Source: Syntrophorhabdaceae bacterium (GTDB lineage: Bacteria; Desulfobacterota; Syntrophorhabdia; Syntrophorhabdales; Syntrophorhabdaceae). From it: 64,000 nt of DNA. The notes beneath the pieces are model-generated. The model ran no database searches. It was given only the letters and a program-made list of their open reading frames with translations, and was not told where the DNA came from. The position numbers were made by a program, and so were the translations under genes. Numbering within the stretch: position 1 is the first letter of the stretch; each line of letters begins with the position of its first letter. The DNA lies in NCBI GenBank assembly GCA_963665295.1, contig OY762209.1, positions 3,168,001 to 3,232,000 of the forward strand, read 5' to 3'. Shown piece after piece: positions 49,603-58,912 of the stretch.

Positions 49603-50781
49603 GTGTTGCCGATGGAACGACAGAGGGTACTTATTGTTCAGCGAAGGATGCCGGAATACAGGACCTCGTTGTTCGAGAGACTTTCCCGGAAACTCGGCGA
49701 AAGAAGGATAGACCTTACTATCTCATACGGAAATACGGAGGCGCGCGACATCTTGAGGGGTGACGAGGGGGTTTTGACGATCGGTTCATATGTATCGGAC
49801 CACGCCCTTTCCTTCGCGGGGATAGAACTGGTTTACATGAGGATTCCATTGCGTTCGCTCAATCAGTATGACCTTGTAATCCTGCCCCACGAGAACAGGA
49901 TTCTTCTGAATTTCCAGCTTCTCTTGAGTCGGTTTCCTTTTGACAGGATAGCGTTTTTCGGTCATGGCGGTAACTTGAGGGGGGAAAGGGATAGCTGGAA
50001 GGAATCCTTGAAATCGTGGGTGGCAAAGAAGGGGGTGTGGTACTTCGGATATACCGCCCTCTCGGTCAGGGAGATGATCGCGAGGGGTTTTCCGGAGGAG
50101 CGTATTACGTGCCTCGATAACACCATCGACGTGGACGAACTGGGGAGGTGGAGGAATGACATATCTCCTGATGAAATCGCAGTCCTTAGGACTGTTTACG
50201 GCATAGAGGGGAAGAACGTGGGAGTATTCCTTGGAAGTCTCACGGGAGATAAGAGACTCGCCTTCCTGTTTGCCGCAGCGACGGAACTGAGAAAGTCAGT
50301 GGACAAGTTTGAGCTTGTAATTGTGGGAGACGGGCCCGTGGGAGACGAGGTCCTTGAATGGGGCCGCGACAAACCATGGGTGCACTGGGTGCGGGCAAAA
50401 CACGGGCGTGAGAAGGTTATTCATGCCATGCTGGGAAAGGTGATCCTGAGTCCGGGCATGGTGGGACTTAATATAGTGGACAGTTTCGGTCTCGGCATAC
50501 CAATGGTCACCACCGACTGTGGTATCCACTCGCCGGAAATCACATACCTCAAGTCGGGGATAAACGGAGTGATGACGGACGACAATCTGGGCGCCTTTAC
50601 GGCGTGTGTAAAAGGCCTTTTGGAGGATGAAGGGGCGAGGCAACGGATGGAAGAGAACTGCCTTGATATGGCGAGATACCTGACGCTCGATTCTATGGTG
50701 AACAACTTTGCAGACGGGATAATGAGCGCCCTCTCCCTTTCCGCGGAAGGTCACGGCTGCGCCTCGAGGCTTCCCGCTTGA
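49603..50781 (+). CDS. Glycosyltransferase family 4-like
   Basis: P.YR..LF, FLGSL..DKRL, VGDGP, PG.VGL..VDSF..G.P, HSPE. Confidence 0.83.
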   Translation: MLPMERQRVLIVQRRMPEYRTSLFERLSRKLGERRIDLTISYGNTEARDILRGDEGVLTIGSYVSDHALSFAGIELVYMRIPLRSLNQYDLVILPHENRILLNFQLLLSRFPFDRIAFFGHGGNLRGERDSWKESLKSWVAKKGVWYFGYTALSVREMIARGFPEERITCLDNTIDVDELGRWRNDISPDEIAVLRTVYGIEGKNVGVFLGSLTGDKRLAFLFAAATELRKSVDKFELVIVGDGPVGDEVLEWGRDKPWVHWVRAKHGREKVIHAMLGKVILSPGMVGLNIVDSFGLGIPMVTTDCGIHSPEITYLKSGINGVMTDDNLGAFTACVKGLLEDEGARQRMEENCLDMARYLTLDSMVNNFADGIMSALSLSAEGHGCASRLPA

Positions 50782-50833
50782 GGCACAGGTCCCGGAAAAC
50801 CCTTGTGTTACGGCCTTCGAGTGCGCTAATCCG

Positions 50834-52099
50834 ATGAAACTGCTCCTTGTCCACAATTTCTATGGTTCCTCCGCACCGAGCGGGGAGAATAAGGTGTTTG
50901 AAACGGAACGGGAGATGCTGACGGGGCGGGGGCATGAGGTATTGGAGTATACAAGACATTCCGATGAAATACGCGGCAAAGGGCTGTTCGCCGTCATAAA
51001 AGGAGCTGTCGCCGTTCCCTGGAACCCCTTCGCGGGTAAGGCGATTGAAGGAGTGCTTCGACGTGAGAAACCCGACATTATGCATGTACATAATGTGTTC
51101 CCTCTCCTGTCTCCGTCCATATTCCATGCGGCACGGGACGGGGGGACCGCCACTGTGCTCACATTGCACAACTACAGGACGTGTTGCGCCGCGGCCATAC
51201 CGGCGCGCAACGGCAGGGCGTGTACCGAGTGTATAGACCGGCGAAGCATTGTGCCTGCGTTGAAACATGGCTGCTACAGGGAGAGCAGGCTCGCAACGAT
51301 CCCCCTCGCGGCATCGATTGCTCTCCACAGGAGGATTAAAACCTGGCGTCATTGTGTCGACGCCTTCATTTCCCTCACGGAATTCCAGAAGGAGTTGCTG
51401 GTGAGAGGAGGGCTTCCCGCGGGACACATCCATATCAAACCGCACTTTTATGATAATCCTCCGGAGGCGGTTTCCTTTGATGTACGCGAGGATACGGTGG
51501 TTTTCCTGGGAAGGATCGGCAAAGAGAAAGGTGTCCACCTCCTGCTGCAGGCGTGGCGGCGATGGGGGTCCGAAGCCCCGCGGTTGGAGATCATCGGAGA
51601 TGGGCCGGAAAGGGCGGAACTCGAACAGGCCGCCGAACGCAATGGGCTCGGGAAGAAGATCGCCTTCAGGGGCCAATTGTCCTTTGAGGAAACGCAGCGA
51701 AGGCTGGCGAAGGCAAAACTGCTTGTCCTGCCATCCCTTTGTTTTGAGGGGTTTCCCATGGTGATCAGGGAGGCTTTTGCCCTTGGCGTGCCGGTCATGG
51801 CTTCCTGCATAGGAGCGCTGCCTTACATCGTCAAAGATGGAGTGAATGGAGTGCTCTTTCAACCGGGAGACGCCGACGATTTGTTGGTCGTCGCAAAGGC
51901 TATCTGGAAGAGCGGTCCGAGGCTTGAGCAAATGGCAGTTTATGCGCGGCTGGAGTTCGAAGGGAAATACACGGCTGAAGAGAACTATAGAATATTGATG
52001 TCGATCTATGACGAGGCGATCGCTTCGAAGAGACGGAAGACCGGAAAAGCAAAAAACCAGGGCCATTCCCGGTTCCACACCACATCACTTCTCACATGA
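50834..52099 (+). CDS. Glycosyltransferase family 4
   Basis: HNFY...SGE, HVHN.FP.LSP, TLHNYR..C, GR..EKG, PS..FEGFP....EA.A.G.PV. Confidence 0.9.
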   Translation: MKLLLVHNFYGSSAPSGENKVFETEREMLTGRGHEVLEYTRHSDEIRGKGLFAVIKGAVAVPWNPFAGKAIEGVLRREKPDIMHVHNVFPLLSPSIFHAARDGGTATVLTLHNYRTCCAAAIPARNGRACTECIDRRSIVPALKHGCYRESRLATIPLAASIALHRRIKTWRHCVDAFISLTEFQKELLVRGGLPAGHIHIKPHFYDNPPEAVSFDVREDTVVFLGRIGKEKGVHLLLQAWRRWGSEAPRLEIIGDGPERAELEQAAERNGLGKKIAFRGQLSFEETQRRLAKAKLLVLPSLCFEGFPMVIREAFALGVPVMASCIGALPYIVKDGVNGVLFQPGDADDLLVVAKAIWKSGPRLEQMAVYARLEFEGKYTAEENYRILMSIYDEAIASKRRKTGKAKNQGHSRFHTTSLLT

Positions 52100-52872
52100 A
52101 CACAGAAAACATACTTGGCTATCACATCATGACTGAGACAAAGGACCGTTGCATCGGGCGGATTATGGACGGGATCTATGGCCGGGAGAAGCGCAAGGTC
52201 CTTGTGTGCGCGAACCCCCATTCCCTGGAAGTAGCGCGAAGGGACCCTTTATTTGACGAAGCCCTGAAGAGCGCGGATTTTCTGATCCCTGACGGGGTGG
52301 GGATTGTCATCGCCTCGAAAATAAACAGAGGCAGGATAAAGGACCGGATCACGGGTAGCGATGTCTTCCAGGAAGTGAGCAGCGCGTTGAACGAAAGAAG
52401 GGGCTACCGATATTTTTTCCTGGGTTCGACGGAGGATAACCTGAGGTGCATACGGGAGAAAATGAGTAACGATTTCCCTTGTATCGACGTGGCGGGAACG
52501 TACTCGCCGCCCTTCAGGGAAGACTTCGATGACAGGGAAAACGGTGAGATGGTGGCGGCCATCAATACAGTGAAGCCCCACGTTCTCTGGGTCGGCATGA
52601 CCGCGCCGAGACAGGAGAAATGGATCCACTTGAATAGGCGCAGGCTCGATGTGAGTTTTATCGCCGCAGTGGGGGCGGTGTTCGATTTTTATACGGGAAG
52701 GGTGAAGAGGTCTCATCCGGTGTTCCGGAGCATGGGTCTGGAATGGCTGCCGAGGCTGGTGAGAGACCCGGTACGGCTTTGGAGACGGAATTTTGTATCG
52801 AATCCGAAGTTCCTCATAAGGGTCACCAGAGAGGTTGTGAGAACGAACGGAGCCCGGGAGTCTGCCAGGTGA
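52096..52872 (+). CDS. WecG/TagA/CpsF-family (GT26) N-acetylmannosamin(uron)yl transferase
   Basis: NPH, PDGVG, RITGSD, FFLGS, SPPF, VGMTAPRQEKW, VGAVFDF, LEWL.RL..P.RL.RR. Confidence 0.92.
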   Translation: MNTENILGYHIMTETKDRCIGRIMDGIYGREKRKVLVCANPHSLEVARRDPLFDEALKSADFLIPDGVGIVIASKINRGRIKDRITGSDVFQEVSSALNERRGYRYFFLGSTEDNLRCIREKMSNDFPCIDVAGTYSPPFREDFDDRENGEMVAAINTVKPHVLWVGMTAPRQEKWIHLNRRRLDVSFIAAVGAVFDFYTGRVKRSHPVFRSMGLEWLPRLVRDPVRLWRRNFVSNPKFLIRVTREVVRTNGARESAR

Positions 52873-52894
52873 GGGCAAAAGAAAGGGGGAACCT

Positions 52895-54370
52895 ATGACG
52901 ACATTGCTGGTTACTTTTCTTACCGCTTTTGTCATTTCTCTTGTCGCGACACCCCTGGCGAGGATGTTTGGAACGAGAATAGGAGCAGTCGACAAGCCTC
53001 AGAGCCGCAAGGTACACCTTACGGACATTCCCAGAAGCGGTGGGATTGCTCTGTTTGTCTCCTTCTTTGTAACGCTGTGCGTAAGTCACTTGTTCTACAC
53101 GGAGGTATCGAACAAACTGATCTGGGACACGAAGATGATTTCCTTTGTGTGTGGCGCCCTGCTTATTTTCGGCGTCGGGTTGGTGGATGACTGTCATAGA
53201 CTCAGCGCCCGGACAAAGGTCCTCTTCCAGATTGCGGCGGCGAGCATCGCTTTTGCCGGGGGAATCAGAATTGGAGGACATGTGTTCTGGGGCGCCGCAT
53301 ATCAGTATGGCTGGCTGAGTTACTTCATCACTGTCTTCTGGTTCCTCCTCATCATCAATGCGGTGAACCTTATCGACGGGTTGGATGGGCTTGCGTCCGG
53401 AATCGTCCTGTTCACGTCGCTCGTGATGGTGGCTCTCCTCGTGATCAAAGGGGATGTGCTGACTGCGTTATATTTCGCATCTCTGGGCGGTGCGGTGCTC
53501 GGATTCCTTCGCTACAACTTCAATCCCGCTTCAATATTTATGGGGGACGGAGGAAGCTATTTTCTCGGTTACGCGATTGCGGCGATCTCCACCATGAGTT
53601 CCATTAAGGGGCAAACGGGCGCCTTAATCCTCATCCCCCTTATCGGCATGGGCGTTCCGGTGTTTGACACCATTCTTTCCCCGCTGCGCCGCTTCGTGGT
53701 GGGGGCGAGTATGTTTTGCCCTGACAGAAGGCACATTCACCACAGACTTCTTGATCTCGGACTGAACACCCGAAAGACGGTTCTTATCATCTACGGCATT
53801 TCAATAGTCCTATGCCTGTCGGCGATAGTGATCGCGAATTCCCGCGATGAGATGTCCGGTCTTTTCCTGATTCTATTAGTGATAAGCTCTGCCATATTCT
53901 TTCGCAAACTGAGGTATTTCGAATACTTCACCGTTGATAAGGTATATGGGTGGCTGAGGGACATAGTTGACGTGGCGGGCTTCAACCGGAGTCGGCGAAG
54001 TTTCCTGGGATTGCAGATGGAGATTGAGAATTCACGAGGTCCGGACGAAATGTGGGATAAGGTGTGCATGGCCCTCGAAATGATAAGGTTCAATACTGCG
54101 AGGCTCGACTTGAATCACAAGGGAAAGACGGTCAGGTTCGAATGGGCTCCCGGAAACGGCAACGGTCACGGCGTTCCCAACAGCGACCCGGCGGCAGCGA
54201 TGAAGATATCTATTCCTTTGATGAACGGAGGAGACGAAAATCTCGGGACCTTGTTGTTGGTAAAGGACCTGCGGCAGGAATTGTTGACCAGTTTTACCAT
54301 ACGTCGCGTGGAGCATCTCAGACGGGCCATTCAGGTGGCAACTTCAAGATTCGAGAAGAAATACGCGTAA
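52895..54370 (+). CDS. wecA: Undecaprenyl-phosphate GlcNAc-1-phosphate transferase (WecA/TagO, MraY family) with extra soluble C-terminal domain
   Basis: DKP..RKVH...PR.GG, GLVDD, NAVNLIDGLDGLA, NFNPASIFMGDGGS, PD..HIHH.L. Confidence 0.9.
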   Translation: MTTLLVTFLTAFVISLVATPLARMFGTRIGAVDKPQSRKVHLTDIPRSGGIALFVSFFVTLCVSHLFYTEVSNKLIWDTKMISFVCGALLIFGVGLVDDCHRLSARTKVLFQIAAASIAFAGGIRIGGHVFWGAAYQYGWLSYFITVFWFLLIINAVNLIDGLDGLASGIVLFTSLVMVALLVIKGDVLTALYFASLGGAVLGFLRYNFNPASIFMGDGGSYFLGYAIAAISTMSSIKGQTGALILIPLIGMGVPVFDTILSPLRRFVVGASMFCPDRRHIHHRLLDLGLNTRKTVLIIYGISIVLCLSAIVIANSRDEMSGLFLILLVISSAIFFRKLRYFEYFTVDKVYGWLRDIVDVAGFNRSRRSFLGLQMEIENSRGPDEMWDKVCMALEMIRFNTARLDLNHKGKTVRFEWAPGNGNGHGVPNSDPAAAMKISIPLMNGGDENLGTLLLVKDLRQELLTSFTIRRVEHLRRAIQVATSRFEKKYA

Positions 54371-54488
54371 CAGGGAACGACAATTGAACACCCTTTTGTT
54401 GCCTGGTGCAGAAAAAGTCCCGTTCTACGGTTGGTTATGAAGAATTTTGTAACATCAGGCGGAAGAGGTTACCGAGAGAGATGACCCT

Positions 54489-54504
54489 TGAGATTAGTCT
54501 CACA
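54489..54504. promoter_or_regulatory. CRP/FNR-family-like operator TGAGA-N6-TCACA
   Basis: tgaga ttagtc tcaca, 9/10 match to TGTGA-N6-TCACA, 35 nt before ATG 54540. Confidence 0.4.
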
Positions 54505-54539
54505 ATGGTGGACACAGTTACGGGAGGGAATTTAAGGTT

Positions 54540-54821
54540 ATGGGACCAAAGCTATGCCCGAGTTGCGGGGCGGAACGAGTTCACAGGAGTCATGCCCGTG
54601 GCCTCATGGAGCGAGCCAGGAAGAGCATCGGCAGTAAGAGGACCTTTCGTTGCCATACCTGTGGCTGGAGAGGCTGGATGGATACGGGCCGGCACAAGTC
54701 GGCGTTGGCGAAGAAGGAAGACGGGTTAAACAGCATAAGCCTTATCATGGTGGTAAGCGCTGCCCTGGCGATCGGTCTTCTGGTGGTCCTTTACAGACTG
54801 TGGAGCGGCGACGGCGGCTAG
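54540..54821 (+). CDS. Small Zn-ribbon protein with C-terminal TM helix
   Basis: CPSCG...HRSH...FRCHTCGW; hydrophobic C-terminus; followed by terminator-like hairpin. Confidence 0.72.
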   Translation: MGPKLCPSCGAERVHRSHARGLMERARKSIGSKRTFRCHTCGWRGWMDTGRHKSALAKKEDGLNSISLIMVVSAALAIGLLVVLYRLWSGDGG

Positions 54822-54866
54822 CGTCGGATAGAATCAGATAATTGTTTTTTGACCGAGCAATTACCC

Positions 54867-54912
54867 GAACCGGGTGACAGGTGAGTTTCGTCCGTCACCC
54901 GGTTCTCTTGTT
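54867..54912 (+). terminator. Probable intrinsic terminator
   Basis: Perfect 12-bp stem GAACCGGGTGAC (54867-78) / GTCACCCGGTTC (54894-905) followed by tcttgtt. Confidence 0.65.
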
Positions 54913-55082
54913 ATCGACCACATCAGGGTCACTCAGGTCTTCCGGCATTGTACGCGCGCAACGCCCGGCGGCGTCCATAGTATCCGTGCTGCACAATTTC
55001 TCACAGGAATTTGTCGTTTGTAATATGTTACCGGAGGGATGCGGATGCGCACAGCCTCCTGTAATCTCTGGATTTTCCCGCC

Positions 55083-55111
55083 TTCCGTATCGCCCGGTAC
55101 TGGTGTATAAT
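55083..55111 (+). promoter_or_regulatory. Possible sigma70 promoter for the sensor gene
   Basis: Perfect TATAAT at 55106-55111; only a weak -35 (TTCCGT) at 17-bp spacing. Confidence 0.3.
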
Positions 55112-55203
55112 TGAGGATAGGGATGACGAAGGAAAGGCCGGCCCGGGAAGAGTAGTAAGAATAAGGAACCGCCCGGGTTACGCTGCCGACCGAGGGAGGC
55201 GTA

Positions 55204-57771
55204 ATGTCAATGAAACCGCACCGGGAACTTCTCACCACACCGTCCACATTTCTTCTGTGGGCCGCCATCATTTTTGCTCTTTATTTCATTGGGCTCTTCA
55301 ATTATCTGCTCTTCCACAGTCTGGCAGAGATATTAAGCATTGTCATAGGCTCGGCCGTCTTTTTACTGGTCTGGTGCGCACGACACTACTTCCGGAACGA
55401 CTATCTGCAGTTTATAGGAATTGCCTCCCTTTTCGTCGTCTTGCTGGACATGATCCACATGCTTGCCTTTAAGGGCATGGGAGTATTCCCGGGTCACGAC
55501 GCCAACTTATCAGCCCAACTGTGGATCGCCGGGCGCTATGTCCTGGGCCTGTCTCTTCTCATCGCCCCTGCATTTTTCAGCCGGAAGCTCAATCCCATGT
55601 TTACCTTCGCAGGATTTGCCCTCATTACAGCCCTCCTGATAGTTTCCATTTTTGTCCCCCACGCTTTTCCTGTGTGTTACGTGGAAGGGGCGGGATTGAC
55701 TCCCTTCAAGATCGTAAGCGAGTATATTATCTCTCTTATCATGTTGGCCTCCATCGCTTTGCTGTACCGGAATCGCAGAGTTCTGGATCCCCCGGTATAT
55801 CGATTGTTGGTTTTGTTCATTGCTGCGTCGATAGGAGCCGAGCTGACCTTTACCTCTTATGTCAGTGTCTATGGTTTTGCCAACCTGCTGGGCCATCTTT
55901 TCAAGATCGTTGCCTACCTTGCCCTCATTCAGGTGGTCCTCGTAGTCGGTCTCGATCGGCCCTATAGCCTCCTCTTCCGCGAATTAGAGCACGAGAGATC
56001 AGATCTGAAGGCTGCACGGGACGAGTTGGAGTTGCGTGTGCAACAACGCACTGCGGAACTGCGCGAAAGCAACGAGCGGTACAAACTGATTTCAGAGAAC
56101 AGTACCGACGTGATATGGATGCTGGACCCGTCGAGTCACCGTTTTACTTACGTGAGTCCCTCAGTTTACAATTTGTATGGCCTCACTCCGGAAGAGGTAA
56201 TGGCTGAACCTCCGGAGAAGATGCTGACGCCGGAGTCGCTGGAAGGGCTTCCTGCACGGATTGCCGCATTTCCGGCGGGCGATGAATCGCAACGCACTAT
56301 GACGCATGATGCCGTTCAAACCCATAGGGACGGTCATCTTATATCCACTGAGGTGGTTACCACCCTGGTCGCCAATAATCAGGGAGAGGTTCAGGTTGTC
56401 GGTGTTTCGCGGGATGTTACCGGGCGTAAACGGGCTGAACAAACAAATGCACGGCTTGCGACCATTGTGGCGTCCTCGGGTGATGCCATCATCGGGAAGG
56501 ACCTGAGCGGCGCTATCGTCACCTGGAACACGGGGGCGGAGAAAATCTATGGATACACGGCTGAGGAGGTTCTCAACAAGCCCATATCCCTTCTTGTTCC
56601 CCCTGATCGTCTCGATGAGGTGCCTCAATTCCTTGATCGAATCAGCCGCGGAGAAAGTCTTGAACATTTTGAAACTGTACGGCTAAGAAAAGGCGGCAAA
56701 CCTATCGACGTTTCTCTCACTATTTCTCCTATGAAGGATGCCGAAGGCAGGATTGTGGGCGCATCCACCATCGCCCGGGACGTGACGGAGCGAAAACTCG
56801 CTGAAGTGCGTCAGGAAAGGCTGAAGAATTTCTATGCGGCCCTCGTAAGCATCGATGAAGCCATTATGCATTCAACTGATGAAACCCGGTTGTTCACCCG
56901 GATGTGTGGTATTCCCGTGGCGAGGGGCCTGATACAGATGGCGTGGGTGGGTATTGAAGATCCGGTGAGCTACAATATTATTCCAATAGCCAGGTACGGG
57001 AAAGGCACCGACTATCTGGATGAGATCGTCATCTCCACCCGCGGAGACTTGCCGGAAGGCCTTGGACCCACAGGGATTGCATGGCGCGATCAGAGAGTTG
57101 TCGTCAATAATGATACCGGAGACAATCCTCACATGGCGCCGTGGAGCAACCGCGCAACTGCCTACGGATGGAGGTCCAGCGCCAGTTTCCCTATTTTGAG
57201 AAAGAACAGGATATACGCGGTCTTCAGCATCTACAGTAGTGAACCCCATATTTTCGATGAAGAAATGATGACTTTGTTGGGTTTTATGATCAACGAGGTC
57301 TCCTTCGGGTTGGACGGTATGGATGCCAGGCAATCCCTGGTGAAGAGCGAGGCGCGCCTCCGTAGTCTCATGGAAAACGCGCCGTTTCCGATGTTGATCT
57401 TCAGAACGAGGGATGGCTCCTTGCGTTTCGCAAACCGCCGCGCTGAAATACGGTTCCATGTAAAGCGTGAGGAAGCGCTCGGCGCCTTAGCGGGTCGGTT
57501 TTATCAGGACCCGGCCGACCGGGAACGCCTTCTTGAACGTCTGCGTGAGGAAGGCGTCGTGTCCGATCAGGAGATCCGGCTGATAGATTGGACGGGAAAC
57601 CCGTACTGGGCGCTCCTGTCGGCCTCGGTGGTGGAATTCGAGGATGAACCGGCCATCATGGTCTCCATCACGACGAAACGAAGGGTTTCGAGCTTGGTGC
57701 AGTCGATTACATCACCAAGCCTATCAGCCCCCCTGTCCTGCTTGCCCGCCTGCAAACCCAACTTCATTTGA
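55204..57771 (+). pseudogene. MASE3-PAS-PAS-GAF-PAS sensor protein, C-terminally truncated (no output domain)
   Basis: NYLLFHSLAE...LD..H.LAFKGM...N.SAQLWI.GR MASE3 region; PAS motifs (YVSPS..LYG; WN.GAE.IYGY...RDVTERK); GAF; last PAS breaks after IMVSI and runs into out-of-frame sequence. Confidence 0.75.
57672..57767 (+). pseudogene. C-terminal remnant of a receiver (REC) domain, in frame with the HD-GYP ORF
   Basis: Translates DETKGFELGAVDYITKPISPPVLLARLQTQLH; no start codon, in-frame stop about 57645. Confidence 0.85.
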
Positions 57772-58487
57772 AGGAAATGCAGGACCAACTCAGGCGTCAG
57801 AACGAATTCCTTGAAGCCGAAGTGGATCGGCGGACCAGAGAGATTGTTGACGTCCAGGATGTTACCATTTTAACCATGGCGTCCCTTGCGGAAACCCGGG
57901 ATAACGAAACAGGCGACCACATCAGACGTACCCAGTTCTACCTTAAGGCCTTGGCGGAGCATCTTCGCAAGTGTCCCCGGTTCAGTCATGTTCTCGATGA
58001 CGACAAGACGATACTGCTGCTTTTTAAATCTGCGCCCCTCCATGATATCGGCAAAGTGGGTATCCCCGACCATATCCTTCTCAAGCAGGGAGGTCTCACC
58101 GACGAAGAATTTGAAATCATGAAAACCCACTGCAAGCTGGGCCGTGACTCGATTATCGCCGCAGAACAGCGTCTTGGGCTGGAACTGCCTTTTCTTTCCG
58201 TTGCCAAGGAAATAGCCTATTTCCACCACGAGAAATGGGACGGTACGGGCTACCCGGAAGGGTTGTCAGGGGATGATATCCCTATCCCCGGCCGCCTGAT
58301 GGCGCTTGCCGATGTATATGATGCCCTCACTTCCCGGCGTTGTTACAAGGGCCCGCTATCTCATGAGGAAGCGGTGGAGATTATCATACAGGGCAAAGGA
58401 AGCCATTTCGACCCCGATGTAGTGGATTCGTTCGTTGAAATTGCGGACGATTTTGTGGAGATAGCGAAACGTTACAAGGATATATAG
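57768..58487 (+). CDS. HD-GYP cyclic-dinucleotide phosphodiesterase domain (RpfG-like regulator lacking most of its REC domain)
   Basis: LAETRDNETGDHIRR, APLHDIGKVGIPD, HHEKWDGTGYP, ADVYDALTS.R.YK, HFDP. Confidence 0.85.
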   Translation: MKEMQDQLRRQNEFLEAEVDRRTREIVDVQDVTILTMASLAETRDNETGDHIRRTQFYLKALAEHLRKCPRFSHVLDDDKTILLLFKSAPLHDIGKVGIPDHILLKQGGLTDEEFEIMKTHCKLGRDSIIAAEQRLGLELPFLSVAKEIAYFHHEKWDGTGYPEGLSGDDIPIPGRLMALADVYDALTSRRCYKGPLSHEEAVEIIIQGKGSHFDPDVVDSFVEIADDFVEIAKRYKDI

Positions 58488-58512
58488 AACCGGTACCACC
58501 CGTGAGGGAATA

Positions 58513-58701
58513 GTGGCATCCCTTTCTCGGGGATTAGAACCATGGTCGAAAAAGACACATGGCGGAGGGTATTACGACCCTGAATATCAGGTGGTGACCG
58601 ACGAGGACGCAGAAGGGCTGAGGAAGGCGCTGGAAGGAAGCGGCGTGGACAAGGACTTGATTCAGTTCCTTTCGATGGGGGCGTTCCGGATAGCGGGGTG
58701 A
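58513..58701 (+). CDS. Small hypothetical protein or gene remnant
   Basis: GTG start after GAGGGA; protein-like C-terminal half (VTDEDAEGLRKALE...FLSMGAFRI); only 62 aa. Confidence 0.35.
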   Translation: MASLSRGLEPWSKKTHGGGYYDPEYQVVTDEDAEGLRKALEGSGVDKDLIQFLSMGAFRIAG

Positions 58702-58790
58702 GCCGGACCATCTCCGGTTCTAAGAAAATCCGCTATCGGCTTGAGTTTTCCCTTGCAAAATCTTTGCTTTAGCAGGAAAATAGATAATGA

Positions 58791-58844
58791 GGGCGGGGTT
58801 TGGCCTGGCGCAGTTGCCCAATACCCGCCCCATCGTTTTCTCTC
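58791..58844 (+). terminator. Possible terminator hairpin upstream of hsdM
   Basis: gggcggg (58791-97) / cccgccc (58824-30) with inner pairing, followed by a T-rich tract. Confidence 0.35.
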
Positions 58845-58912
58845 GAACAAACCGGGAACAAGCGTTAAAGCTCTTTAGTGAAATAGTTTAGCCTCAAAGG
58901 GAATGGGTACTT

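Noticed and set aside
50693..52078. 461-aa minus-strand ORF
   Set aside because: Antisense shadow of a clear GT4 gene, with no recognisable motifs
54990..55005. Third possible CRP-like site (TGCAC-N6-TCACA)
   Set aside because: Left half-site matches only 2/5
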